Assembly: GCA_023213395.1 (NCBI GenBank)
Contig: CM041465.1
Span: 233,499,741 to 233,563,740 of the forward strand
DNA: 64,000 bases
Direction of reading: 5' to 3'
Source of the DNA: Cycas panzhihuaensis
Lineage: Eukaryota; Plantae; Cycadophyta
Below, one piece after another: positions 1 through 12,600 of this stretch. Position 1 is the first letter of the stretch, and every line of letters starts with the position of its first letter. The position numbers were made by a program, and so were the translations under genes. The notes under the pieces are model-generated. The model searched no databases. It saw only the letters and a list, made by a program, of their open reading frames with translations, and was not told where the DNA came from.

Positions 1-2009
1 TTTCAAACTAGTTTTTGCGATTGGTCATGTGTCGCGAAGCTCCTGAATCAACGCACCATATGTCTCCATCTTTTAGTCCTATTGCTAGTGTGACGATGAA
101 TGCTATTTCTTTTTCCTCCTCCTCAGCTTGTTCTTTGTTATATCCGCCAACAGGTCGTTTCTCTCTCTAAACGTCGGTTCTTCTTTGTGGGCATTGGCAA
201 GGGTAATGCCCTGGTTGCCCACAGTGGTAACAGACGTCAGAAGCTCTGCAGGCACTGGAGAAGTGTCCAGGTTTCCCACAATTGAAGCAAACCTGGGTGT
301 CTCTACTGCGTCCACGTCCTTTGAATTCCTACCAATGTCCTCGAGCAAGACTTCTGATGTCTGGAGTACGTCCTTATCCTCTAGCTTGGTTCCGTCTGCA
401 TGGTACCAAGTTTAGTCTGGATGAAAAGGCATTTTCCAACTCTGAAGAATCTTCATAGCGCTTGTTTCTATGTTCCTGTCTCAATAATAAACCAATCAAT
501 TCATCAAGAGTTATTGTATCAATCTGATTATTGTTTGTTATGGTGTTGATGGTTATATCGAAAGATTTTGGTAGCTTGCTTGCTACCATTTCCGCCAGCT
601 CTTGTTCATAAATAGTGTCTTCCGCACTCAAGAGGTTATTTCTGATTGAAATAACTTTGTGTATGAACTCAGTTATCGTACCACTCTCCTTCATGTGAAG
701 CTTGTACAGATCTTCCTTGAGGGCAATTATTCTAGCCTTGTTCTTTTGGCCATACAAATTCTCAAAACATTTCCAGATATTTGATGTAGAGTTTAGTTTC
801 TCTATATACACGAGAAGAGGATTGGAGACCGGCATCTTCAGAATGATTACTCCTACATTATCTCTTTCTTCCCAATCTAATAGGGTTGGATCAGTTTCAC
901 CTGGGAGGGCTTCGGAACCATTTGCAATTTTCTAGGCATTTTTGGCTCTTAAAAATGTTTCCACTTTTATTTTCCATATGTGGTAATTTGTATTAGTCAA
1001 TTTTTCTTGATCGGACAGGGCTAAGATTGAAGAAGCCATTGGATTTGAGAACAACAGACCCTGACTATACTTGACCATACAACTGTATGGATTTCTGTAC
1101 AAAATTTTGACTATACGGAATGATACAAAATGTACCTCAAAAGAAAGGTATTGAAGAGGAGATTACAGATCTGTAATTAGATTTGCAAAATATTTTGTAG
1201 ATTATGAGAAAATAGGCCATAAACCTAGAGAAGTGAGGCTAGGGTTTTCTCCAAAAAGACTTAGAACTTTAAAAATTCTCCACCAAAATTCTCCAGACTG
1301 GTCACAATCTCTTAGAAGCATTGAGACGCAGATGTTATAACTGATTTTATTCGAAAATCTGAGAAATTTTAAGAGAAATTTGCAAACATACCTCCAAACT
1401 TGCGTGGACTGGTAAACTGCCTGAAACTGCCATCAGATGAGCTTGGATGACTTCGATGCAGTAGAGAAATATGACGGGATGCCAAGATCTTCCTTTTGGT
1501 CAAATTTCGTCTCAATCTAAGACCTTGAAAATTTTCGTTCGTACGGTCGTATGGTTCCGTACTGAGTCCGTACACAGTCTGAGATTGTCCTCCTCTTTGA
1601 TTTTCTTCTTCAGCAAGCTTCAGAGTTGGTCTCTTTGTATTGTGATTATTTATTTGTCCTTTCTTTGGACTCTTCTGCTCCGATCTTCTTTAGTTTTCCT
1701 TCACAAATGTTCTTGTCTTTGTTCCATTTTGACACGACCTCCGGCAAGTACAAGGTCCTCTCTCAAATAGATAGGATAACCTGCTCTGATACCATGATAG
1801 CAAAACTTATTGAGATGAATGAGAAAAGCTTGTATTGCTTTGGAGACGAAATCTCTTTAAATATACATCATACAAGATAACCGTTCTAAACTGACTTGTA
1901 ACCGACCTTGCTCTAACTGCCAAGTGTCAACATCTTAAGTATAAGTTACACATGAGGGTTTTACAACATTACCCCTTGACATCCCTAGATAAAACATTAT
2001 ACTCTAATA
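1..2009 (-). mobile_element. Ty1/Copia LTR retrotransposon, 5' part (LTR, PBS, leader, degenerate gag/protease); runs off the left edge
   Basis: LTR 1795-2009, with the outer terminus decayed TG->TA. PBS-Met complement GCTCTGATACCA at 1783-1794. gag ATG at 1039 (-). ORF 374-835 is UBN2/gag-like. A zinc knuckle and the protease motif WCVDSGASRHM lie at ~30-300. Same family as elements D, F, K and L. Confidence 0.92.
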
Positions 2010-3104
2010 TGTCTGAGTTTTAATGGATGGAGCATAGTTCACTAGGGAGTTGGTTTGGCACTACTCCTAGATGAACATGATTTGTTATTTTTGCACTGCA
2101 GCTCATTTCAACCGTCATAGAACAAGAGCAGAGGGAATAGACAGTTGGGTTAGGACTACATTAAATGCTTATTGTGTACCACAGGAACACTTGCTTAGAC
2201 ATCACAGTAAGGGCACGGCTTGTCTTGTCACTTAGGTGATAGAAGCATAAGTAATTTTGGTCTACTCGGGATTGAGAACTGTTACTACATTATTGATGAA
2301 TGAGTTGTTAATTTTATTTTGTAGACACTATAAAGCTGCTGGCTGCCAATTTCTGGTATTGATATGCATGGCTTTGCAACTGTTAGGACTTGCAGCAAGT
2401 TGGAGATAGAAATCCACCTGGCTTGATTTACTGCCTACCACATTGTGGAACTTTACACATCTTAAAAATGCGACTGTGCAGAGTCTGCTTATAATGAATT
2501 TGGGGTTTTGCTTTGTACTGAGTTTATTACAAAGAAGTCCAGTCAAACATTGTAGGCACTTTCTGCTGTCTGTCTGTACCAATGAATATACATTTCAGGT
2601 CTGAAGGAAATTTCATGAATCTGTGGATTTGATTGGCTTCCCCAATAAGTCAATAAAATGTTAATTTCTGCATCCGACAGTTGGAAGGGACAGAGGCACA
2701 GAAGATAATGCTTTCGAGTAAATCCATGTTTCGACAACCTTAAATCTATTAATAGAGCCAGGGACCATTATGGAGTGGTCATTTGCCCTTTATTCAACAG
2801 TATGAGGCATCCTTTTTCACGGACTTCTCCATTTATGAAGACTGATGCTGCCTTGCCTAGGCCTCAAAACATTTTTTTTATACCTTATTAATGCCATGAT
2901 GCTGTTCAGAATGTTTTCTCAAATTTAGCTGTGTGGTAATCTATTATCTCAACATCTCTGATGTGTCTCATAAATCTATGGAATGGGATCCTGATAACCA
3001 CGTTCTGAAGTTGTAGAATTGCTCTTGGAGAACAAGGGATTGAATCTGTGTGAGGAAAGGCTTTTTTCGGTCCAAAAGCGAAGCTGAACTTGAAGCCACC
3101 TGCA

Positions 3105-6100
3105 ATGGCCATGTCAATGAAAAATGTTGATCCTGCATTTCAAGGAGTTGGTCAGAAAGTGTATCCTTTGCAATGATTGATCATATTGCACATGTTTTAC
3201 CTTGATTCTGACAGATGATTTTTCCTCAAGTGTTTCCTACCTGCATGTCAAGAAAGTTCTTGCTTGAGATAATTTGTCTGTCACAACTATTATATAGAGA
3301 CTAGAATAAATTTTCCTGTTTTTAAGTGTTGTATATACTTCGCAAATGATTTGTTTTCTATTACAATATTGTGAAAATTATTTGTTCAAGATAGCAACTC
3401 ACACATAAGGTAGATCCCTTTTGGGATACCAATTATACTATGTTTAGGACGTCCATTCTGTTATTGGAAGGTATGGAGGATTTCTTTTGTGTCTCTTAAC
3501 ATTTTATTTCCAGCAGCATGGAAATATGGCGTATTCAAAGTTTGCATCCAGTTGCTGTACCAAAATCTGAGTATGGTAAACTCTATTCTGGGGATTCTTA
3601 CATAGTTTTGCAGGTAAGCAAAGCCCTTTGATGAATTTTGTTCTTCTATAATATATAAAACTTGATAAACATGTGACCTTTGTTTTCTGTTATTAATAAT
3701 ATTTTGAATATAAGATGTTTTTGGCCATTGGAATGCTTATGTGTCTTTTCCTTAAATACTTCATTAGCTGAATAATTTTCTAGCATTTATGTTTAACAGA
3801 CAAGTGCAACAAAGAGTGGGGCTTATCACTATGACATTCACTACTGGATCGGGAAAGACACTAGCAAGGTAATTTAATCAAGTTAATTCATCTTAACACA
3901 GGTGGTGGAGATTGCTAACACATTTTCTAGTCAGGACTTCTTTCTAACAAGTGTTTGGCAGGATGAAGCTGGAGCAGCTTCTATTAAGGCAATTGAGCTT
4001 GATGCAGCCCTTGGAGGCCGTGCAGTACAATATAGGGAATTGCATGGTCATGAGACTGACAAATTTTTATCCTACTTCAAGCCATGCTTCATGCCCTTGG
4101 AAGGATGTATGGATTCTGGAGATAATAAACCAGAAACAGCAAAATTGGTGCCAAGTCTTTATTTATGCAAAGGCAAGCGTGCTGTACGTGTGAAACAGGT
4201 TGTTCATCAAGTATCGAAAAACATTTGATCTCTTCTAAAATTTTGTAGTTGTTGCCCTCTTGTTATGCATCTGGGGGTCAAAATTCTTATTCATTTTTAT
4301 GATTATACAGGTCCCTTTTGCACGTTCATCACTGAACCATGACGATGTTTTTGTTCTTGACACCGAGTCCAAGATCTATCAATTCAATGGGGCGACTTCT
4401 AACATCCAGGAAAGAGCAAAGGCCTTGGATGTGGTGCAATACATCAAAGATAAATATCATGAGGGAAGGTGTGAAGTTGCAGTGATTGGTAGGTTATTCA
4501 AAATTTCACTGAATGGTAACTTGTTAAATTTGAAATAAATTATCTAGATTCTATTTGCATACCAGATCATGTGTTTATCACTGCATTGCACTTATCACAG
4601 GCACATTTTATTTTTAAATGACAGATGATGGAAAGCTTGTAGCAGAAGTTGACTCTGGTGAATTTTGGGCACTCTTTGGAGGTTTTGCCCCCATTGGCAA
4701 GAAGGGTAGCAATGAAGATGATTTGCAACTAGAGTCAACTCCAGGGAAGCTTTACATGTAAGTTCTGGTTTTTTCATGAGCATGACTGATCATGTAGGCT
4801 GTTCTCTGGATTGTTTTGTGGTCTGTCTTGCTACAGGACTTAGGTATCTTTGCTGTTTTGGTCTTACAAAAGTTTTATATTTTGTATTGGGGTTCATCCT
4901 TAGTATTTAAAGCTGTGGTTTGTATGGACTAGACTCAAGTTTGTTGCATCCTTATCTTATGCTGTATTTTACTGATTAATGCAAGCCTTAGTATTTGGAG
5001 CTGTGGTTTGTTCGGATTAGACTCAAGTTTGTTGCATCCTTATCTTGTGCTGTATTTTACTGATTAATGCAATTGTTTCCTTTGAAAATTATATTTATAA
5101 CTGACAATCAGTAATACTGCACATAAAGGATCAAATGATTGCATTATGCTATGTGAAGGGAAATGCACAGCATGAAGATTTATTTTTGTTTCTTATCCAG
5201 TTCAGATGCTGCTGCTGTGAAAAGTTCTTAGAGATCATCTTAAATGGCCAAAAAGGGAATATATCAATATCAAATTTTGACAGGAATCTATTTGAGTAAT
5301 AACATTGTTTCAATGTAGAAATTCAGACAGAGAAACAAGAATAGTTCTGAGTAAATCTTTTATTTGGCCTTTTGTGATATAGTATTGTGGACGGACAGCC
5401 AAAGAGCATTGAAGGGTCCTTGTCTAAGGGGATGCTGGAGTCAAACAGATGCTATCTTCTTGATTGTGGATCTGAGATATATATTTGGGTTGGTCGAGTA
5501 ACCCAATTGGAGGATAGGAAATCTGCGAGCTTAGCTGCAGAGGTAAGAACATCAATATTTTAATGCCATGCGGTCAAATGTTGAAAATTTTGAGTTACAT
5601 GTCAAAATTTATGGAAGATTTCTAACTTAGGATGATTTCTTTTTCAGGAGTTCGCTTCCAGCCAGAAAACACCAAAATGTACACATATAATACGAGTCAT
5701 TCAAGGGTTTGAAACTCTGCCATTTAGGGCTTACTTTGACTCATGGCCACTTGGCAGTGGGGCTTCTGGCTCTGAAGATGGTAAAGGCAAAGTTGCATGT
5801 GAGTGCAGAGTTCCTTGAGTACCAGTTCATGTAGGAATCACTTCGTAATGCTGTAAAACTTAGTTGCATCTAAACATATTTCTTCAATGGCAGTAATATG
5901 TTTCTACATGTTTATCAAACCTTGCAAGCATTCTTAATAAGAAATACCTTGGAAATGTCATTAAATCAGGCATAAGCTTCGCTTAAATTTAAAATTTCTT
6001 ATGAAATGTTAGCACTTCTAAAAGACTAAAACCTACTTATGGGTTGTTAAAACTTTGTGACATTTCCCTGTTCCATACACATTCTTAGGATTTAATGACA

Positions 6101-7488
6101 TATCTGTGTTATGCACATACTTAAGAATTTTTGTTTTTTTGTCACTTTATTTTTCCACAAAATGTTGCACATTTAGAGTTTTGTGGTAACTGTGCTTCAA
6201 AGGAATTAATATCTGAATCACTTAAAATGTTCTTTCCAGCCTTACTCAAAAAGCAAGGAGTCAATGTGAAAGGCATTCTGAAAACAACTCCGGGGAAAGA
6301 TGAGATTCCACCTTTGCTTGAAGAAAGGGGGAAGCTGGAGGTCCAGTTTGTCAATCCTCTAATAATTTTCAGTTCAAGTTTTGTACATTTTGGCTGCTAA
6401 TGCCAATTTGCTATTATGTTCTCTTCTGATTCAATGTTACCCATTGGCTGAGAGAACAAAAATCGTGTTTTGTCTTAGGTATGGCGGGTCAACAAAAATG
6501 TGAAGGCCCCTGTTCCAAAAGAGGAGTTTGGTAAATTTTACTGTGAAGATTGCTATGTCATATTGTATACTTACCAGTCTGGAGATCGGAAAGAGGATTT
6601 TTTTCTTTGCTTCTGGCTAGGGCAACAGAGCACACAGGTATGCTAGTTAATTTGTTGGTTGTCTTGTGACCTGTTTTGAAAATGGAATGATAGGTATAAC
6701 CAGTATTACTATTCTCTTACAACTTTATCATGGAAAATTTTGATGGCAAAATATTTGCAAATTGCATTCTATTTGAAGTGTTGATGTTGTATATTCTCCC
6801 TTTTTGTTTAGGAGGATAAAACAACAGCTGCTCGATTGGCGAACACAATGGCAAACTCCTTGAGAGGGAGACCTGTACAGGTAAGGACTCTTGACAATTG
6901 TGTTTTATTGCTGTATTTATCTTTTTTTTTGTTTTACTTTTAAATAAACACATTCCATCTGTTTGGCATGTCTGATGCCCTAATAATTAACATGGGATGG
7001 CAACTTGCTAGCATGAAGTCAAATTCTGAGGAAGGGTGGTTTGTATTGCAGGGTCGTATTGTACAAGGAAAAGAACCAGCTCAATTTATTGGTCTATTTC
7101 CAAACGTTGTCATTTTAAATGTTTGTATTGAAGCCATCAGTAAAGCGTATCATCCTCAGTTTGTTAAAATTTTTTATTTTGTATGAATTTATTCATGTTT
7201 TCCCCCCATTTTCCTTCTCTCATGTTTTAGATTGAGGGGAGAGACAGATCAAGTGCTGTGTAATCTGTTCTAACTATAGATTTCAATTACAACGAGAAAG
7301 TTTTAGAATTTTCATTGTGTGTTTTAACCCATTTCTCTTCTAATTTGTAGGGTAGGATGGTCTTTGGCAACACGAAAGGCATTGTGGAGAATGGTTTGAT
7401 GGATGAAACAAGCAATGGGGATTGTGTCATTCTTCTTAGAGTCTGTGGTACAGAACCCCATAATAGTAAAGCAGTTCAAGTTGAGCCG
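3105..7488 (+). CDS. VLN: Villin (gelsolin-repeat actin-binding protein), VLN2/VLN3-like; first 13 coding exons, 3' exons not in window
   Basis: Exons 3105-3160, 3514-3613, 3800-3868, 3962-4198, 4311-4488, 4625-4757, 5383-5542, 5648-5798, 6240-6340, 6479-6637, 6812-6880, 7052-7120, 7351-7488. All introns are GT..AG, phases are compatible, and the total is 1620 nt = 540 codons with no stop. Translation [27 protein letters not shown]...GDSYIVLQ...[17 protein letters not shown]...[18 protein letters not shown]...[12 protein letters not shown]...KAVQVEP matches plant villin gelsolin domains 1-4 and the start of domain 5. Confidence 0.95.
3161..3513 (+). other. U12-type (minor spliceosome) GT-AG intron 1 of villin
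   Basis: 5' splice site GTATCCTTT at 3161 is the U12 consensus. Branch site TCTCTTAAC at 3492-3500 (consensus TCCTTAAC) lies 13 nt before the AG at 3512-3513. Phase 2 junction keeps the frame open. Confidence 0.88.
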
Positions 7489-7804
7489 GTAATGCCACTA
7501 GGACGCTTTTTGGTTACTCAGTTCATTCTTGCACAGTTAAATTCTTAGTTAAGTTGTATTTGTTTTCTTGATGAGGGATTGTTCCATGTGCCAACAAGAA
7601 GGGGCATTTATCCTCGTTGACCACCATTATTTCCTTGGAATAGTCTTACATGGTGCTTGTGTGTATTAGCCACTGTTAGGTAAAGAGATGCATGTTCTGG
7701 CCACTACCATGCTAACTTGATGTGGGCCTTTGATTTAGTGTTCTGGATTCTAACCTCCACATGGTATAGTCATCTTGATGTTATCCTATTCCTTTGATAT
7801 GTGA

Positions 7805-9610
7805 GCTAGATGCTAAGTAGCCAGATATGTCTATATTGTAGCTCATATCTGTACTGAATATGCCCCAGATATAGGGTTCCGAGGATACAACCAAGATACT
7901 TGTCTTGACTATATTCTGGATATGGCCCATATCTAGGAATGTATCTAGGTTGTATTTGGGTTTGCACACGATAGCACCTAAATATTCTAGGGTATTTCGG
8001 TATCCTAAAATATCCTAGGCAGAGTATGGTCCTCAATACTTTTTTTCCTCCTCTTTTATTTAAAAAATAACAGGAAAAAAATAATAAAAAGAAAACAACA
8101 AAAAAGCGATAAAAAAGTGCTCGTAGTAGTTTGCTATCCAAGCTATTGTGGGCTATTGTCTTTATTTAAAGAGCAATGCCCCCCCATTCACAAAACTCTC
8201 TTGCCTTTGCCATTGTGTTGTGTGCTTATGTAGGTGTTTGAGGAATTGGTGGGTAGTTGTTTTTGAGTGTGAGCGACCCCTTTTTACTTGTGGTCCAACC
8301 TTGTTTTTGAGTGTGAGCGGCCCTTTTTTACTTGTGGTCCAACCTTGTTTTGTGTGGCAATTGGTTTTGCTTGTAGGCAACCTTCATTTGTAAGTGGGCA
8401 ACTGGTTTTGCTTGTAGGCAACCTTGATTTGTAAGTGGGCATTTTATTTACCTAGTGGGTACCCTTTCTTTGCTTGTGGCCATTTTCTTTAGTTTGTGGG
8501 TAGCAATCTTCTGTAAGTGCATGCAATTTTTGTCATTGTTTTCGCAAATTTGAAGGTGCAGGCATGCCTTGTTGCCTACTGGAGATTTTTGGAGCCATTT
8601 GGGACATTCTTGTTTCAATACAAGAATTTTGGTCCCTCTCATTGTGCTAAGATTCTTTGTATTTTCCTTGCGAGTTGGTTTATTTGATGCAAATATCTTG
8701 GTCCCTCTCATTCATGTCAAAACTATTTACACTTCCTATGTTTTTTTTTTTCTCCCAATGGCATCCTTAGTATCTTTGATAGGTGGTAGTTGTGGTGGGC
8801 ATGGAAAGAGTGGAGGCTTTGGCCCACCAATCGAAGAATAGGGCGACTCTTGATTGTGGAAGTATGTTGTGAAACTCACTCGTATGGTGAAAGGAGGCTG
8901 AGGACACCACTCTTAAAAATGTAACAAGTGCAAGTCCACTTTTAGTGGTTCCTATTCAAGGGTCAAAACCCATTTGATGCTCCCTAGTGGTGTTGGAATC
9001 CAATTGTGTAATGGAGTTAGTCAAGCTAAGGCCACAAGACTTGTTTAGGAGTAAGAAGCTTTTGAAAGAGCTAGCATAGCAAGGAAGTTCAATCCGATAG
9101 CTAGGGGGCCTCAATCTCGTGATGCATCTAATGCATTTGTGGCCATGTTTGTGGAGGAAGGCTATAAATGACATACAAGTCCACTTGGGAAGTTATTTGA
9201 TATCAATAGAAGGAATGAGGTTGATAGCAAGGTTGTGCGTTGTCTTGATGTGCATGGACTTTAATTTTCTCTCCTTCACTTTCCATATTAGCAAGATATG
9301 GTGGCAACAATCAATGATAGGCCAATGGGCTACAAGAGCCCTACTTATGAAAGAGTGTAGACTACATTGCTTATGAAGGAAAATAAACTTGTGGAGTAAT
9401 GCATGGATCCAATCCATATAAGTTCGAACACTAAAGGGGTCTCTATTGTGTCTGATGAGTGGACAAGTATAGCAAATAGACCACTTGTAAATCTCGTTGC
9501 CACCTCTCCAAAAGGTGCATGCTTCTTAAATGTAGTTGATTGCACTAGCAAAGAGAAAAACATACGGTTCATTGCAACTTTGCTCATAGTAGCAATTGAC
9601 ATTGTGGGGC
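7805..9610 (+). mobile_element. hAT-superfamily DNA transposon remnant (BED zinc finger plus DUF659 transposase fragment), 3'-truncated
   Basis: GATAC/GTATC-rich subterminal region at ~7820-8020. Degenerate transposase from ATG 8758: LWKYV...KCNKCKSTFSGSYSRVKTHL (BED finger), then KGVSIVSDEWTSIANRPLVNLVATSPKGACFL (DUF659). It breaks off after AIDIVG at ~9610. The left boundary is approximate and no TIR was identified. Confidence 0.8.
8260..8442. repeat. Two short tandem duplications in the hAT subterminal region
   Basis: About 45-bp unit TTTTGAGTGTGAGCG..CCTTTTTACTTGTGGTCCAACCTTG x2, then about 41-bp unit GGCAA.TGGTTTTGCTTGTAGGCAACCTT.ATTTGTAAGTG x2. Confidence 0.85.
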
Positions 9611-12600
9611 TATCGACTTAGGAAGCTCCCATTGATTTTCCACCCTAATTCTTTCGTATGCTTGGGTGACAAACAAGTTCATGAATTGATTGACATCTTT
9701 ATGAATTAAAATAACATATATTTCTAAGGACACACTGAGTTTAGCATGTGAAAAAGTTTGTACAACCTAAATTTGGCTAGTGGATTTCACCCATTAACCT
9801 ATGAATCATTGGTTTATTCGAATCTAACTAATGCCTGGTAGAAGTGGGGCTCATACTTACTACAAGGGAAGTACTAACACTAGGCTATTATGTCAATATT
9901 GTCCTATAGTAGATCGACAAGGCCAACCTAAGGCTTGTAGGCTACCTAGCCATTGTTTTGACTAAGTACTATTGGGTGGTCTCCTTTGGTAATGCGACTT
10001 CAAACCCTTTCTACAATAACTTTCCTAACCTCAATGATAAAATCTAAGTAAACCTTAGGGCTTGGAACTCACTTGAAATAATCTTGAATGGTGAAAGCTA
10101 AAGCTCCCTATGGTCCCTCTAAAGATCACTCAACCAACCATGGTCTTGTGATCCATCCTAGAGAGTGTTGGATAGTAATATCCAATTACATGAAATGTAC
10201 CATCAAACCCCCTCATGCTCTCTCATATTATTCATCAATTTCATTTTGTAAGCACATTGTTATGTATGTCACTTGGAATGTGTGTGAGCACACAAATGTT
10301 GACTTTTGAAGTTCTTTATTGGAGGTGATGTATTATAAATATGTACATGATTTCTTAAATAAGATGAAGTTTGGCCATTTTTCCAAATCCCTCCTTTAAT
10401 ATCTTATGTCTATGTTTCATTATTTTAAGCATTCTTTGTTATATCATGTACTCACCTCTAGTTCATTGGTCATGTTCTTGTTGGGTCCATTCACCTTGTC
10501 AATTGCTTTTGCATATTCATCCAACATTATGGTATCATTGCTCCTCTATATTTGAACATGGTCTTAGAGACATGTAAAAATTCCAACATGGTATTAGAGC
10601 TATACCATGTAAAAATTCCAACATGGTATTAAAGCCAATCGTTCAATCCTTGGGTATGATAGGTTAAAGCCTTTTTTTTTTATAAATTTTTAGTCATTTT
10701 TTAAGAGTTTAATGTATTCAAGGAACCTATTTTCTAGTGTTTGTTTTGACTAGTTATAACGCAGATTTTAAAGCATTGTATATTTCATTTGGGACTTATT
10801 TTTTGAAGAATTTAGAAGACAAAACATGATGAAGATATTTGCAAAAATTTGGGGCTATTTCTTAATATATTGCAAAATTTTCATTTGAGTCAAGGAGGCC
10901 AATATTTTTGGAGTGGCTCATAAGTTTGAAGGTGAAAATAGTGGATTGTTTGTTTATATGTGGGCCTAAAAGCAATTTGCATGTAGGTTGCTATGATGAA
11001 ATCCACATATTTGTGAAGATGTATTGTTACTGTTTTTGCCATGAGAGAGCATATTTAGTTGATGTATGTTGAACCCTTTGCAAGTCAGTGGGTAGATTGC
11101 AAAGGTGTTGCATAAAACTGTTGAAGGAGATATTCTAATTATCCAAAGGTTAGAAATGATTCCCTAATCATGCTATGGCAAGATATTTGATTGCAAATCA
11201 GTAGTTGAGCAGTCGAGGGAAAACCCAAAAGGGTCAAATTGTAAAATGTGTGCAAAACCCATAGGGTTTGAAGGTAAAAAATTATTTGTTTGTTTTGAAA
11301 ATTGGTGTTTATGCAAACCCTCCAAGGTTTTAATTTAAAAAATATACAAAGCACTTTTAAAAAATGGATTTTTTTCTTTTTTGTTTAAAGGCTTTAGAAG
11401 CTTCTTTGTGGCCTTTGAATCTTGCTCCATTTGTCCTCTGAATCTATTGGCCAGTCTACTGGGGCATCTTTGCAGTAAAAAAATATATGGATATGTATAT
11501 TTAAAAAAAAAAAACAAAAGAAAAACTTGTATTCAAAAAAACATATTTTTTGAGGTCGTTATATAGTGAGATGGGTTGGAGTGTGAAATATATAAGATTT
11601 TTGAATGTAGAGGCGCCCTATCTTGGCCTCAGGTATCGAAAGCTCCTCATCTCTCTAAATTAAGCATTGCCTCAATACTCAAGAAAGGACAAAGATTGAG
11701 GATAATAATTTGCTGGGAATGTTCAATTTGGACCAGCTCTTAGGAGTGTGGAACATGTTATTTTGACATTAAGGCAAACCAAATTATAGAATAGCTATCA
11801 AACATCTAGTAATGAAAGAGTTTGTTGATTGAACAAAATTAAGATTAATTTAATGATGCTCGATGTAGAATGATTTAGAGACGGAGATGGAGGAGAGAAC
11901 CTTGGAGGCATTCACAACAGATTGCTGGATCTTGAGCAAACCTGCAAATAAAAAAGTAGGAAAAACAATAAAAAACATAGAAAAGTCATGGCGGAGAAAG
12001 AAGTGCCATTAGTGACCTGTGTAGCATCCTACATAACCCATGGAGGAGATCATTGCAGATGAAGCACTTTCTCAACATGAAACATGTTCCTTGCCTAAGG
12101 GATGCAAAGTCATTCCAAAAAAAGGAGCTTGCAGACCCCACTTACAACCAAACATGAAAACATAGTTGCCTCTGTAGCTCTTCATCGTTGCCTCACCGAT
12201 CTACAACTCTCAATGCTCAAAATTTTGAAAAACAAAGCATAATTGGCAACAAAATTTTTAGGGCACATATAGTTTTTTAATAAATATTTCATTAATTAAA
12301 TCAAATTTGATAAAATCTGAAATCCACAGAGCCCCCTTGCAATCAACCCCTAGTCACATGAAACTACCATGTGATCTTTGCTCAACACTAAAGGGGCTAA
12401 ATGTCCAATTTTAGACCTTTCAATATTTTATAAGGGCATGCTCTCACATTTGCCATCATAACTTGGTCATAAGGAGTTGGATTTCAAATTTGAAGGAAGC
12501 ATCGAAAAGCCAACCTTGTTGCTTACGCAACAACTGGTAACACGATGCATTTTGTTGTTGATTTCTAGTAGACAAATCAGATTGAAGTCATTCATGTTGA

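Noticed and set aside
1783-1794. tRNA-like sequences (TGGTATCAGAGC and variants) at many sites
   Set aside because: They are only 12-nt complements of tRNA 3' ends next to LTRs, i.e. primer-binding sites and not tRNA genes.
3902-4538. ORF-track entries 3902-4228, 4260-4538 and similar as separate genes
   Set aside because: They are single villin exons read through into flanking introns.
7806-8141. 111-aa minus-strand ORF with PRY/PKY repeats
   Set aside because: It arises from GATAC-type hAT subterminal repeats and A/T runs.
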